A stretch of 40,768 nucleotides of DNA, taken from IMG/VR virus record IMGVR_UViG_3300020045_011163, positions 1 through 40,768 of that record, one strand, 5' to 3'. Under the pieces are notes generated by a model that saw only the letters and a program-made list of their open reading frames with translations, ran no database searches and was not told the DNA's origin. This document shows, piece after piece, positions 16,116-25,622 of this stretch (positions are counted from its first letter, which is position 1; the number at the start of each line of letters is the position of its first letter). The DNA is from a virus. Taxonomy: Duplodnaviria > Caudoviricetes. Position numbers and translations under genes: made by a program.

Positions 16116-16583
16116 ATGGCTACAGTTGATACCCGCCTAGCGGGAAAAGTGGAATCAGCATCGGTCGTTACAGAAGTGAAAGACGTTAAACTAGGGGGTA
16201 CAGCTTCGATTGAGATCGGAGATATGGTCGTTCCTGACGATGGTAATGCTGGTTATGTCCGCAAAGTTGCCAACGGTGACACTTCTACCATTGCGACTCG
16301 CGTTTATCGCGCAGTTAGCGCCTCTAACGAGACGGCTAGCGCTGACGGTACGGTCAAAGTTCAGTACGCACGCAACATGCGTCTTCATATTAAGGCTACC
16401 ACTCCAGCAAATCTAACCCAAGCTCGCATTGACACGAAAGTGACGGTTGATGTTGCGAATGGTGTTATTACTGCGGATGAGGACGATACCACTACTGGCT
16501 TCATGCGCATTGAGAGACCACAAGGGGGCGCAGCCAATTTTGACACAACTAACGGCCAGATCACGGTTGTCGTCAATGAGTAA
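16116..16583 (+). CDS. Capsid cement/decoration protein
   Basis: IEIGDMVV motif, 155 aa, beta-rich, immediately before the major capsid gene. Confidence 0.65.
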   Translation: MATVDTRLAGKVESASVVTEVKDVKLGGTASIEIGDMVVPDDGNAGYVRKVANGDTSTIATRVYRAVSASNETASADGTVKVQYARNMRLHIKATTPANLTQARIDTKVTVDVANGVITADEDDTTTGFMRIERPQGGAANFDTTNGQITVVVNE

Positions 16584-16606
16584 ACATTAATTAACAAACT
16601 TAAAAT

Positions 16607-17506
16607 ATGTCTTTAACATCACTAAAACCGGCAGAAGTAGATCTTCTAGCGCGAACCGAGTTCGTGTCTGGATATGATACTTTTGTTCCGGTGGGGTCAA
16701 GCATCTTCAACATCGCTTCGCCTCAACGTCTAAATGAATTGGAATCAATCGTCGCTACTGACGGTGATATTCCACAGGCTGCTGATGGTGCGGAATATCC
16801 AGAAGCACAAATCCGCCAGATCGGAACTAAGAGCTTCACTTCAGTTGAGTACAAGAGAATGTACGGAATCTCTGAATTGATGAAAGATTTCTCAAACTAT
16901 GGCTCAACAATGAAAGCCATGCGCAATGCTGGTTACCGCGCGCGTTACAAACAGGACGATCTCTTGTCACGTGTTCTTAGCCAAGGTTTCGCCACTACTA
17001 CTACTTGGGATGGGGCTTACTTGTTCTCAGCCAGCCATCAATACGGTGACGTAACTGGTCAGACTCAGAGCAATTTGTTGTCTGGGGCGCTTAGCAAGAC
17101 AACCATCAATAGTGGTTATGTCAAACTTCGCACTCTTAAGGATCACGATGGGCTGACTATGCCTCTCGCTGTGGCTTATTTGCTGGTTCCTTCTGCTCTC
17201 GCTATGACAGCTTGGGAATTGGTGAATTCTCCGGACGATCCAGAAACTGGCAATCGAAGCCGAAACTTTGTGAATAGCCGAAGCATCAAGGTTGTGGAAT
17301 GGCCACTGCTTGACGCTATTTCTACCACTGCATTCTTTATGTGTAGTGAGAAAATGTTCCACCAATTGACCGCTTACCAGAAAGTACAGCCAACGTTGAG
17401 CATGTTCACTGACGGACGAACTGGCACGATGTACGAAAAAATCAGATTCGTACAAACACAAGGTGCGGCTGATTATCTCGGTGCAACTGGAGGTACAGGA
17501 CTGTAA
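16607..17506 (+). CDS. Major capsid protein (HK97 fold, Mu gpT-like)
   Basis: DGAYLFSASH, LLVPSAL...A..L..S, N...N, TAFF motifs. Confidence 0.88.
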   Translation: MSLTSLKPAEVDLLARTEFVSGYDTFVPVGSSIFNIASPQRLNELESIVATDGDIPQAADGAEYPEAQIRQIGTKSFTSVEYKRMYGISELMKDFSNYGSTMKAMRNAGYRARYKQDDLLSRVLSQGFATTTTWDGAYLFSASHQYGDVTGQTQSNLLSGALSKTTINSGYVKLRTLKDHDGLTMPLAVAYLLVPSALAMTAWELVNSPDDPETGNRSRNFVNSRSIKVVEWPLLDAISTTAFFMCSEKMFHQLTAYQKVQPTLSMFTDGRTGTMYEKIRFVQTQGAADYLGATGGTGL

Positions 17507-17514
17507 AAAAACTT

Positions 17515-17588
17515 GCGGGGGCTAGTTGACTCCACTGATGGGAGTGGAAGGAACGCCAAAAGCTGGCTCATACACTATAGTCCCCCGC
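17515..17588 (+). promoter_or_regulatory. Three-way-junction RNA structure after the capsid gene
   Basis: Closing stem GCGGGGGCTA/TAG(T)CCCCCGC enclosing hairpins TCCACT/AGTGGA and GCCA/TGGC. Confidence 0.55.
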
Positions 17589-17611
17589 TTAATCCCTAAT
17601 TTTAAAAAAAT

Positions 17612-20179
17612 ATGTCTAAAAATCAAACCTATCCTAAAGCTGTTTATTTCAGTGAAGGGATGCAGACCGATAAGGTCGTGCTAATTAATACGGCAGTCCA
17701 GCCCACTGATTCAGCTAGTTATGGGTTCCATAGAATTGGAACGGATGTTTATTGGTGGAACGGGTCGACTTCCACAAGCCTGACCTCCGGTGGAGGCGGC
17801 GGCGGTGGAATTGGCGGATTTGATACCGTTTACGATTTCGGCGAGAATACCGTCACGGTAGATTCAGGAGCGATCACTTTCGCGGATGCTACGGCGGGTG
17901 CGCTCAATACTTTTGTTCTCACTAAGACGGGTGCGGGATCTGGAAATGTATTTGATATCAACATCAACGCGGCTCTGACTGGAGATGCGATTAGTATCGA
18001 TATGGATCTTGGCGTGGCAGCACGTGCGATCTTCATTGATAACGGCGCAGGTGCTCGAACTGGTGCGGATATTCAGGTGAATGCAGATTCTACAGGGACT
18101 CATTCAGTAATTGATATCAACGCCTCTGGTTCTGGAGCGTGTACCGCGTTTGATTACGTTGGGTCATACAACGGAAGTCCGGCGGGTAACGTTTTCGCAG
18201 TTACTTTTGACGCGGCTGACAATCTGGATACTCAAGTAATGGCGCTTACTACAGGCAGTGGCGCTCGTGGTGTGATGTTCAACTTCGACTTTGCGCACAC
18301 CGATTCAGGAACTACTAGTCATATTTTCGATATTGATATGACAGGCGTTTTTGATTCTAACGTTTTCGATTTCGCCACTTCAGCGGCTTGTACCGGGAAT
18401 GTGATTAATTTCGTGATGGATAATGCGGTGGCAATGACTGCTATTCGTATCACTGGCGCTGGGGTAAGAACTCAGCCGTTCATGGAAATTATCAGTACAG
18501 CGACTGGGTCTGTGGATATGGTTGACCTATCGGCTGATGGTGCGTTCACTGGTGACGTGATTGATATTGATATGAATGCAGCGGTGGGAGGCCGTGCTAT
18601 TAATATCGACGTAGCAGGAGCTAGAACAGCAGCGTTAATTGCGACTACCCTTGACGGGACTTTCGCAAGTTCGGCAGGTGGAACTTTGTGGGATATCAAT
18701 ATATCTCAAACTGGAGCAAGTGCTTCACCTTTGATTGATATTGATATCAGCGACGTTTACACTGGCCACCTTTTCGATGTTGCGCTAGGTGCGGCTTCAA
18801 CTGGGGCGGTGTGGAATGTTGACATGAACTTAGGAGTAGCGGCTCCATTCCTTAACCTTGACGCTGGTAACGTGATCAGGACTGAAGATTTGATCAACGT
18901 GACTTTCGACGGATCTGGTAACGTGTCCTTGTTTGACATTAATCACTCAAATACAGGCTCAGGCGACTTGATCGATATCGATGTTTCTGGAATTCACACA
19001 GGTAAAGTTATCTCTATTGTTTACTCTGCGGCAGCGACTGGTGACGCGATTGAGGTCGATATGACTTCAGCTGTAGCGGCTAAGGCGTTCCTAATTACAG
19101 GAGCGGGTGCGCGAACTGATGATCTGTTTGAGATCAATGACGGATCAACAAGCAATGCTCATGTTTGGGATGTTAATATTTCTGGTGTTAATACTGGAAA
19201 CGTTCTTGATGTTAACTTTTCAGCGGCAGCGACTGGAAATGCGATCAATCTAGTCATGGGGTCAAATCTTGCGGGCAATGCGATTAATATCACTGGCGCT
19301 GGTGCTCGAACTGCTCCGATTATCAATATTGCAAATGCTGGTACTGACGGAGGGACTGACGATCATATCATCTTCATCAGCCAGACTGGATTGCTCGATA
19401 GTAATCTTGTCCAGCTCACATTTGGCACGGCGGCCTCCACTGGTAACGCAGTATCCATCGCAATGGACACAAACGTTGCAGGCATGGCAATTGATGTTAC
19501 TAGCGCGGCGACTGGAGTTACCGGGGAAGGTGCGGGCTTGAATATTAACCATTCTGGGAATCTCGTTGCTGGTGCGGATTTAGTAAGATTCGATTCTACA
19601 GGATCAATCAGCTCAACTTCCAACGTGGTTTCGATTGTTCAGCGAACCGGTGCGAGTACAGCGGGAGCTTATGGCTTGCATATCAGCTGTACTGGAGCGA
19701 ACGTTGAAGGTTTGAAAGTTGATGATGGTAAAGTTGTCTTTGACGAAACCTTGGAAGTTGCTGGGGCGGTGACTTTGTCTAGTACTCTTTCCGTGGTTGC
19801 GGCGGCTACTTTTACCGTGGGGTATCAGGCTGCTTCAGTAGCTCGAACAGCTACGGCTGACGGTCTCACTACTGGGACAGTTGCCGACGGTACAACGTTC
19901 GTGACTGTGACTTGTGACGACGCGAATAAAATCATAATTCTCCCTACTCCGACTCCGGGAAATGTTGTGTACTTAACCGAAAGTGGATCTACAGGATTTG
20001 AGGTTCGATCCTCCACTCCTGCGTCTGTAGCTATCAACGGCGGTACAGGAGCCAGTGCGGAGTCAGCGATTGCTGGGACGATTTCATATTGCAAGTTTGT
20101 CTGTATCTCTGCCACAGAGTGGATCGGTACTCAGTTCGACGCTGATGGAGACGAAAGTAAGGTTGAAGCAGCAGCTTAG
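17612..20179 (+). CDS. Large beta-repeat virion protein (head fibre or spike candidate)
   Basis: 855 aa; many approximately 12-aa units of type TG(N/D)(V/A)I(D/N)I(D/N)M with recurring GART. Confidence 0.65.
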   Translation: MSKNQTYPKAVYFSEGMQTDKVVLINTAVQPTDSASYGFHRIGTDVYWWNGSTSTSLTSGGGGGGGIGGFDTVYDFGENTVTVDSGAITFADATAGALNTFVLTKTGAGSGNVFDININAALTGDAISIDMDLGVAARAIFIDNGAGARTGADIQVNADSTGTHSVIDINASGSGACTAFDYVGSYNGSPAGNVFAVTFDAADNLDTQVMALTTGSGARGVMFNFDFAHTDSGTTSHIFDIDMTGVFDSNVFDFATSAACTGNVINFVMDNAVAMTAIRITGAGVRTQPFMEIISTATGSVDMVDLSADGAFTGDVIDIDMNAAVGGRAINIDVAGARTAALIATTLDGTFASSAGGTLWDINISQTGASASPLIDIDISDVYTGHLFDVALGAASTGAVWNVDMNLGVAAPFLNLDAGNVIRTEDLINVTFDGSGNVSLFDINHSNTGSGDLIDIDVSGIHTGKVISIVYSAAATGDAIEVDMTSAVAAKAFLITGAGARTDDLFEINDGSTSNAHVWDVNISGVNTGNVLDVNFSAAATGNAINLVMGSNLAGNAINITGAGARTAPIINIANAGTDGGTDDHIIFISQTGLLDSNLVQLTFGTAASTGNAVSIAMDTNVAGMAIDVTSAATGVTGEGAGLNINHSGNLVAGADLVRFDSTGSISSTSNVVSIVQRTGASTAGAYGLHISCTGANVEGLKVDDGKVVFDETLEVAGAVTLSSTLSVVAAATFTVGYQAASVARTATADGLTTGTVADGTTFVTVTCDDANKIIILPTPTPGNVVYLTESGSTGFEVRSSTPASVAINGGTGASAESAIAGTISYCKFVCISATEWIGTQFDADGDESKVEAAA

Positions 20180-20188
20180 TGTGAATAA

Positions 20189-20213
20189 GAGCAGGGGGAT
20201 TGTCCCCCTGCTC
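20189..20213. terminator. Perfect 11-bp hairpin (terminator or mRNA stabiliser)
   Basis: GAGCAGGGGGA/TCCCCCTGCTC; no U-tract on the + strand. Confidence 0.5.
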
Positions 20214-20238
20214 AAAATAACTCTTAACTCTTATAAAA

Positions 20239-21435
20239 ATGTCATCACAGGTAGGAACAACAACAATGACTTCCGCTCAGGCGCTAACGGACTCCTACGT
20301 CCTGGCGGATAATGCGCTTCAAGCGGTGTATAGTACCGATAAATGGCTTCAGTTATACGAAGAAACTCAGGCGGTATTGGAGATTCGATACACCACTGGA
20401 GCGGCAGAAACTAGCAATTATTTGGAATTTTATGTCGAATATGGCTCTGGTGCGCCGTCTTTGATTACTTGGTCACCAGAGACCGTGGAGTATCTTGACG
20501 ATTCAGCTAGTCAGATCATTTTAGAGCCGTGGACTTTTCGGCTGGACGGAGCGTCGGCGGGAACGACTTATGTTAAGCAGGTCGCGCTTCCTGTCTGCAG
20601 CAAGGGTATTCGCGTTTATGTCAAGGAAGTAGGGGTTGCTGCGAATTACGGGACGGTAACTATCAAGGCTAATGTACATTCAGCGGGTGCAGCGTTTTAC
20701 AATCGAACACTTCAGACTGTTACCCTTGAGACCAGCGGGATCACTTTATCTGAGGATATAGTGAATGTGGGGGGTGTAGCCGTCCCCACTGCTGGAGCTG
20801 ATGCAGTGTCAAACACAAGGTCAGACGTGCCAACTTCTTCCAGAATTTCTGTGTTCAATGGAACAACTTGGGACAGAGCAAGATCCGCTGTAGTGACTCC
20901 GACGGCGACTATGACAGGCTTTCAGAATGAACTACCGTGGGCAGTTTACAACTCCAGTCCTACCACTCGAACGAATGGACAGGGTGGGCCGCTAGAGGCC
21001 ACGGCAGACGGATATCTAAAAAGTACAGAAATGCAGGCTTCTGCGGCAGAGGACAATACGAACGGAGTGTTTGCTGTGGCGCGGAAATTTCTCGCAACAA
21101 CGACGTATCAAGGCACAAAGGTACAGAGCAATTCGTTCACTACTACTAACGCAAAGACGGCTGCTGGTACTCTGGTATACGCTGCGGTGATCAATACAAC
21201 TGCATCAACTCGTTATATTCAGTTTCATAACACCGCAACTACTCCGTCGGGCGGAGCGACAGCGCAAGTTAAATTCTTAGTTCCGGCTAATTCCGCAATC
21301 GTATTATCGGCTGATGATTTGGGGGCGAATGGGGCGTACTTCCAGACGGGGATTGCCTACGCAAATAGCACGGTAGCGACCACTTATACCGCGGGATCAG
21401 CCGGAGATCTGCTGCTCGATATGTATTATATTTAA
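20239..21435 (+). CDS. Virion accessory protein
   Basis: T/A/S-rich beta domains; structural module context. Confidence 0.6.
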   Translation: MSSQVGTTTMTSAQALTDSYVLADNALQAVYSTDKWLQLYEETQAVLEIRYTTGAAETSNYLEFYVEYGSGAPSLITWSPETVEYLDDSASQIILEPWTFRLDGASAGTTYVKQVALPVCSKGIRVYVKEVGVAANYGTVTIKANVHSAGAAFYNRTLQTVTLETSGITLSEDIVNVGGVAVPTAGADAVSNTRSDVPTSSRISVFNGTTWDRARSAVVTPTATMTGFQNELPWAVYNSSPTTRTNGQGGPLEATADGYLKSTEMQASAAEDNTNGVFAVARKFLATTTYQGTKVQSNSFTTTNAKTAAGTLVYAAVINTTASTRYIQFHNTATTPSGGATAQVKFLVPANSAIVLSADDLGANGAYFQTGIAYANSTVATTYTAGSAGDLLLDMYYI

Positions 21436-21454
21436 TCTTTAACCATAAAAAATA

Positions 21455-21844
21455 ATGGGACTTTTTATTCAAAACCCGCCGACACTGGTTAAAGAGTGGA
21501 CACTCAACCTTGCGCAAGCTGCTGCCACTTATGACGTTACAACGGCCACTGGAGATCTGTACATCGATAACTTCACTATCTATGTGGCGACTGCTGGGGC
21601 CACATTTACTTCCGTGGCGATTCAGACTAACGATACGAATATCTTTGCGTTTTTAACTGCATTAGAAGGGGCTGTCGCGAATATAACCGAGGGAAAAACC
21701 TTAGTATCTGCTAGCACTGGCAAGCCTACCAGACTCACTAGCGGCAAAAAAATTCAATTCACTATGGTGGGAACAACAGGCACGGGGTCGTTGAGGTTAG
21801 TAGTTAAATATATGCCGATCACGGCGGGTGCAGCATTATCTTAA
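21455..21844 (+). CDS. Virion accessory protein
   Basis: 129 aa, beta-rich, structural module. Confidence 0.55.
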   Translation: MGLFIQNPPTLVKEWTLNLAQAAATYDVTTATGDLYIDNFTIYVATAGATFTSVAIQTNDTNIFAFLTALEGAVANITEGKTLVSASTGKPTRLTSGKKIQFTMVGTTGTGSLRLVVKYMPITAGAALS

Positions 21845-21856
21845 TAAAAAAATACT

Positions 21857-22150
21857 ATGGCGAAATACGCAATAATTGAGGGGCCAATTGAGGCTCAAGG
21901 AGGGGTGAGTTATAAAGTTAAACTCATTCCTGAAGTCGAATCAGAGTTTGATCATACCGAGATTCAGGAATATTTCGTGGCTGAGGGGCTCTTGGCGGAG
22001 GATGTGCTTTCCGCTGCGGCCATTAATCACGAGAATGGAATTAAAAAAATTCTAAATCCAGAGGTCAAAGGGGAGGAGGCCGTGGTGGAAGTCGCGGCGA
22101 AAAGTCTCAAGGATATTCCGGAAGAATTACAAGATAACATTCAATTCTAA
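21857..22150 (+). CDS. Acidic hypothetical protein
   Basis: 97 aa; TAATG coupling to the next gene. Confidence 0.65.
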   Translation: MAKYAIIEGPIEAQGGVSYKVKLIPEVESEFDHTEIQEYFVAEGLLAEDVLSAAAINHENGIKKILNPEVKGEEAVVEVAAKSLKDIPEELQDNIQF

Positions 22151-22896
22151 TGGCTAGAGTAGTCGTATCAGGCAGGTTTCCGTTCAAGAGCGAGTTGATT
22201 AATGGCTTGTACTTCGATGGAGCGTCTGGACTGGGCACGGTGACGGCTCCGGCGGACGTAAAGATTACCACCAAAACCGTTAGGGTGATTATGAGGATAG
22301 GGCAGCTGTATAGCGCTACGAAGGGTATTTTCGGCTTAAATACGGCAAATTGGTACTTTGGGATTGCGGGGGCTCAGTATCGATACTCTTATTTTAACGC
22401 GGCAGGGGTGCAGACGCTGGGTAGTTCTACTTCGGGGGTAGCAGTTGCCAATAAGCCTACTGAGGTTGTGCTTACCCACTCTAACGATGGCATCCCCGGC
22501 GGAGAGGTTTATATCGATTGGTATATTGATGGCGTTTTCATTAATAGAACCACCAACGCCACTGGTGATGGTGGGGGAGCTTGGGGAACGTCGTTTACGA
22601 CGGGCGCGGCAGTGGGGGTGCGCCATAATCACACTCTATATTTGGCAGAATTTTACAATACGGCGCTGAGTGCTCAAGATGTTTATGATTTGCGAGTGGG
22701 TAGGCCAATAGCTACAGATCCTCTGCATCAATATATTCCCAACGCTTCGGCCTCTACACTAACCGACACGGGAACCGGTACAGCTTCAGATATGACGACG
22801 GGAGCGTCGTCGTTCTTGACGGGGGATGCTCCCTTTGAGCCAAGAGCGGCGGCTAGTGGCAGAGTGGCAGTTAGTGGAAGGGTAGCAATAACTTAA
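22150..22896 (+). CDS. LamG/concanavalin A-like virion protein
   Basis: LYFDG, WYIDGV, FYNTALSAQDV motifs. Confidence 0.75.
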   Translation: MARVVVSGRFPFKSELINGLYFDGASGLGTVTAPADVKITTKTVRVIMRIGQLYSATKGIFGLNTANWYFGIAGAQYRYSYFNAAGVQTLGSSTSGVAVANKPTEVVLTHSNDGIPGGEVYIDWYIDGVFINRTTNATGDGGGAWGTSFTTGAAVGVRHNHTLYLAEFYNTALSAQDVYDLRVGRPIATDPLHQYIPNASASTLTDTGTGTASDMTTGASSFLTGDAPFEPRAAASGRVAVSGRVAIT

Positions 22897-22901
22897 AGAA
22901 C

Positions 22902-23333
22902 ATGATCGCAACGTGTCTACAATCTGTGGGGCAAGCTCTCCTATTCCGTGCTGGATTAGGGGGGTGTGTTGGTATCGTTATTTATGTTTTCGGGGCCGAG
23001 ACGCTCGCTTATGAGGTCGTTATTTTGTTGGCTTTCGCCGATGTGGCGACTGGACTCTTGAAGGCCTGGAAAAGTAAAACTGTTAATTCTAGACGTTTTT
23101 TTCAGAAATTGCCGATGTTGATCGGGTATATCGTACTACTAGGGGCGGCGTATCAGTTGTCTCGGCTCGTTCCTGAATTGTCCCTCATTCAAGGTTGGTG
23201 CGCGGCGTTTATCGGCTTAGGGGAACTAATCTCTATCGTTGAGAATCTAGGGCAGGTCGGGGTAAAAGTACCCGCTGGCATTCTCCAGTTTCTACAAAAC
23301 TTGAAGAAAGAAAAAAATATTAAATCTAAATAA
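22902..23333 (+). CDS. Holin (phage holin family 4 type)
   Basis: Hydrophobic segments; D..TG..KA......S, E..SI.ENL...GV.VP motifs. Confidence 0.88.
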   Translation: MIATCLQSVGQALLFRAGLGGCVGIVIYVFGAETLAYEVVILLAFADVATGLLKAWKSKTVNSRRFFQKLPMLIGYIVLLGAAYQLSRLVPELSLIQGWCAAFIGLGELISIVENLGQVGVKVPAGILQFLQNLKKEKNIKSK

Positions 23334-24016
23334 TGTCTACATTCTCAACTTATAATAATGTGATGGAGATGAAGCTGGCTAATACTAGCGAAATTTTCTA
23401 CGATGAAGAGATGAAGCGAACGGAGATCAATAATACAATTCGCGAGATCGTGCAAGGGTATGATCTACCAGAATTGACCAAGAAGACTACCGTTACGTTT
23501 GCCGCCACAGGAATTGCATCTATTCCCACTGGATATTTTCGCATGGTGAAGCTCTGGGACATTGACGATGATAGTATAGAGACTGCGGAATATATGTATA
23601 TCACAGAGGATAAGGCGGACAGACTTTCGGCGACGGCGGCCTATTACTGGACAGAAATCTGGGATAGTTCTGGGGCGGCGCGAAAATTAAAAGTCTGGCC
23701 GCTGGCCTCTGGTACGCTCCAGATGCGGTACATTGCTAGCCCTACGAAGCTTGAGGACTCAACGACTGACAGCGGGCTGAGTGATCAATGGGATGAGGTG
23801 GTTGCAGTAGGTGCGGTTTTCCGCTTATTCATGCTAGCCGGGAGGGTTCAAGAAGCTCAGCCGTTCGGCATGGAGTTTCAACGGCTCATTCGTAACGCTT
23901 GGAGTTCGACAAAAAACAGAGGCGGTATCAAGCAGAATAACAGGCTAAAATCTCGCTATGACAGAGTCAGCTTGCTTGGAGGGTTCACGGTCGGATCACA
24001 TAATAATCATCGTTAA
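23333..24016 (+). CDS. Head-tail adaptor (tail tubular protein A-like)
   Basis: 227 aa; IP.GYFRM, LKVWP, MRY motifs; precedes the nozzle gene. Confidence 0.65.
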   Translation: MSTFSTYNNVMEMKLANTSEIFYDEEMKRTEINNTIREIVQGYDLPELTKKTTVTFAATGIASIPTGYFRMVKLWDIDDDSIETAEYMYITEDKADRLSATAAYYWTEIWDSSGAARKLKVWPLASGTLQMRYIASPTKLEDSTTDSGLSDQWDEVVAVGAVFRLFMLAGRVQEAQPFGMEFQRLIRNAWSSTKNRGGIKQNNRLKSRYDRVSLLGGFTVGSHNNHR

Positions 24017-25612
24017 ATGGCTTACTTAAGCATAAACAGATTTGGAGGAATGAACACAAAGTCAGATCCGCGCAATATCATGCCAAGATCTGATAATGAC
24101 GGCTATGCTGAGGCGGTTGAGATTGTGAACATGGATATTACTACTGATTCGGCGATCATCACTTCCCAAGGCTTTGAGGAAGTTTCGCATATTGCGGGAG
24201 TGGGTGGAGTTTTGAATTTATTGAACTATGAAAAGACACCAACGGAATCTTTTTTAATAATCACACATGGGACGACTCATTATTATATTACAAATCTTAG
24301 TTCTGTCTGGACTTCTATTGGCTCTCTGGGCGCGGCGGCTACCATCGTAAATGGAGTCGTCTACAAGGGGACTTCATCAACTAGAAGGGCAATCTTGGGG
24401 ACTGACGTAGCGGCCAACACTATCAAGAAATGGGACGGGACAACTTTTGCGGACGTGGGGGGAAGTCCGCCTGATGGATACGTTTTTGAGGAACATTTGG
24501 GACACTTATTCGTGGGAAGCGATGCGAATGTTTATTATTCTGCTACTGAGAATGAAGATTCTTGGGGTACGGGGTCTGGGGATTCTGGATCCGTCGGATT
24601 TAATGATAATCTTTTCGGATTTAAGAGTGAGGGGCAGCGGTTAATCTCGCTGACTCGAACTTATAACGAAGGAATTACTTTTAGCTTCGACGATACAAAT
24701 GTGCTGACTATTCCAAGCAAGGACTATAAGCGACAATATGGTTGTTTATCTCCTAAATCGGTGCAGTCAATTGGTGCAAACGCTGTTTACTGGGGAGATC
24801 GGGGAGTGATGATGCTGGGAGCGGAGGAGGCGTTTGATGACCAAGGCGTGCCACGGCCTCAGAGCTTAAGCGATCCTATCGAGAACGTTTTAGAGAATAT
24901 TAATAAAACCCAACGGCTCAAAGTAGATAGTCAGTTTTGGGACGAAAAACGCCAGTATTGGCTTGCTACTCCTTATGGGACAAGCGCCGTTAACTCAGTC
25001 GTCTGGGTTTATAACGTTGACGCTCAGGCTTGGACTACTCGCCAAGGGTTTTATCCGGGGGCGTTGACTACGTTCCGAAATTCAGAATATAAGCATGAAA
25101 TGTATTTCGGGGACGGCAATAACCCCTATTTGTACAAGTTTACTGACTCATATTCCTATGACGGTAACGGCTATACTCGAAGGTGGAAGTCTAAGATTTT
25201 TACTTTCGGATCGAATATTTACTTTAAAAAACTGAAAAGATTAGACCTAGCCGGATCAATGGATGGTGGAACAGAGTTTTTTGTCACTATCGACGTGGAC
25301 GGGATCAAGCACAAGTACAAGATCGATAATACCTTCCTACTCAAGAACAGCATGTCAGATTATATCGGCGACAACTGGCTGGGTGACGCATGGCTGGGCG
25401 GAGCATCACCAGAAGAGAGCCGTTTTAAGCGATTTTATGCGCCTTTGGATTTTCCGAGAGATTTGCGGGAGGGGATAGAGATGCAGATCACTATCGAAAA
25501 TACCGGGGAGGAGCAGCCGTTTAAGGTCGACTTTGTTGGCATAGATTATGAAGTTTTGCCGAAACAAGTTGTTCCGGGCCGCAAATATATCAACACACAA
25601 GTATCCGTTTAA
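24017..25612 (+). CDS. Tail nozzle / stabilisation protein (P22 gp10 / T7 gp12-like)
   Basis: FGGMNT start, GCLSPKSV, LSDPI, VWVYN...AWT, WKSK.F.FG...FKK motifs. Confidence 0.8.
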   Translation: MAYLSINRFGGMNTKSDPRNIMPRSDNDGYAEAVEIVNMDITTDSAIITSQGFEEVSHIAGVGGVLNLLNYEKTPTESFLIITHGTTHYYITNLSSVWTSIGSLGAAATIVNGVVYKGTSSTRRAILGTDVAANTIKKWDGTTFADVGGSPPDGYVFEEHLGHLFVGSDANVYYSATENEDSWGTGSGDSGSVGFNDNLFGFKSEGQRLISLTRTYNEGITFSFDDTNVLTIPSKDYKRQYGCLSPKSVQSIGANAVYWGDRGVMMLGAEEAFDDQGVPRPQSLSDPIENVLENINKTQRLKVDSQFWDEKRQYWLATPYGTSAVNSVVWVYNVDAQAWTTRQGFYPGALTTFRNSEYKHEMYFGDGNNPYLYKFTDSYSYDGNGYTRRWKSKIFTFGSNIYFKKLKRLDLAGSMDGGTEFFVTIDVDGIKHKYKIDNTFLLKNSMSDYIGDNWLGDAWLGGASPEESRFKRFYAPLDFPRDLREGIEMQITIENTGEEQPFKVDFVGIDYEVLPKQVVPGRKYINTQVSV

Positions 25613-25622
25613 TCACTAAAAC

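Noticed and set aside
17530-17570. Hammerhead ribozyme (CUGAUG present)
   Set aside because: Core reads CUGAUGG rather than CUGANGA, and there is no correctly placed GAAA
17495-17612. Read-through or frameshift fusion of the capsid protein to the 855-aa protein
   Set aside because: The genes share a frame but two more TAA stops intervene; the A-run lies after the capsid stop and the -1 frame closes at a TAG within a few codons
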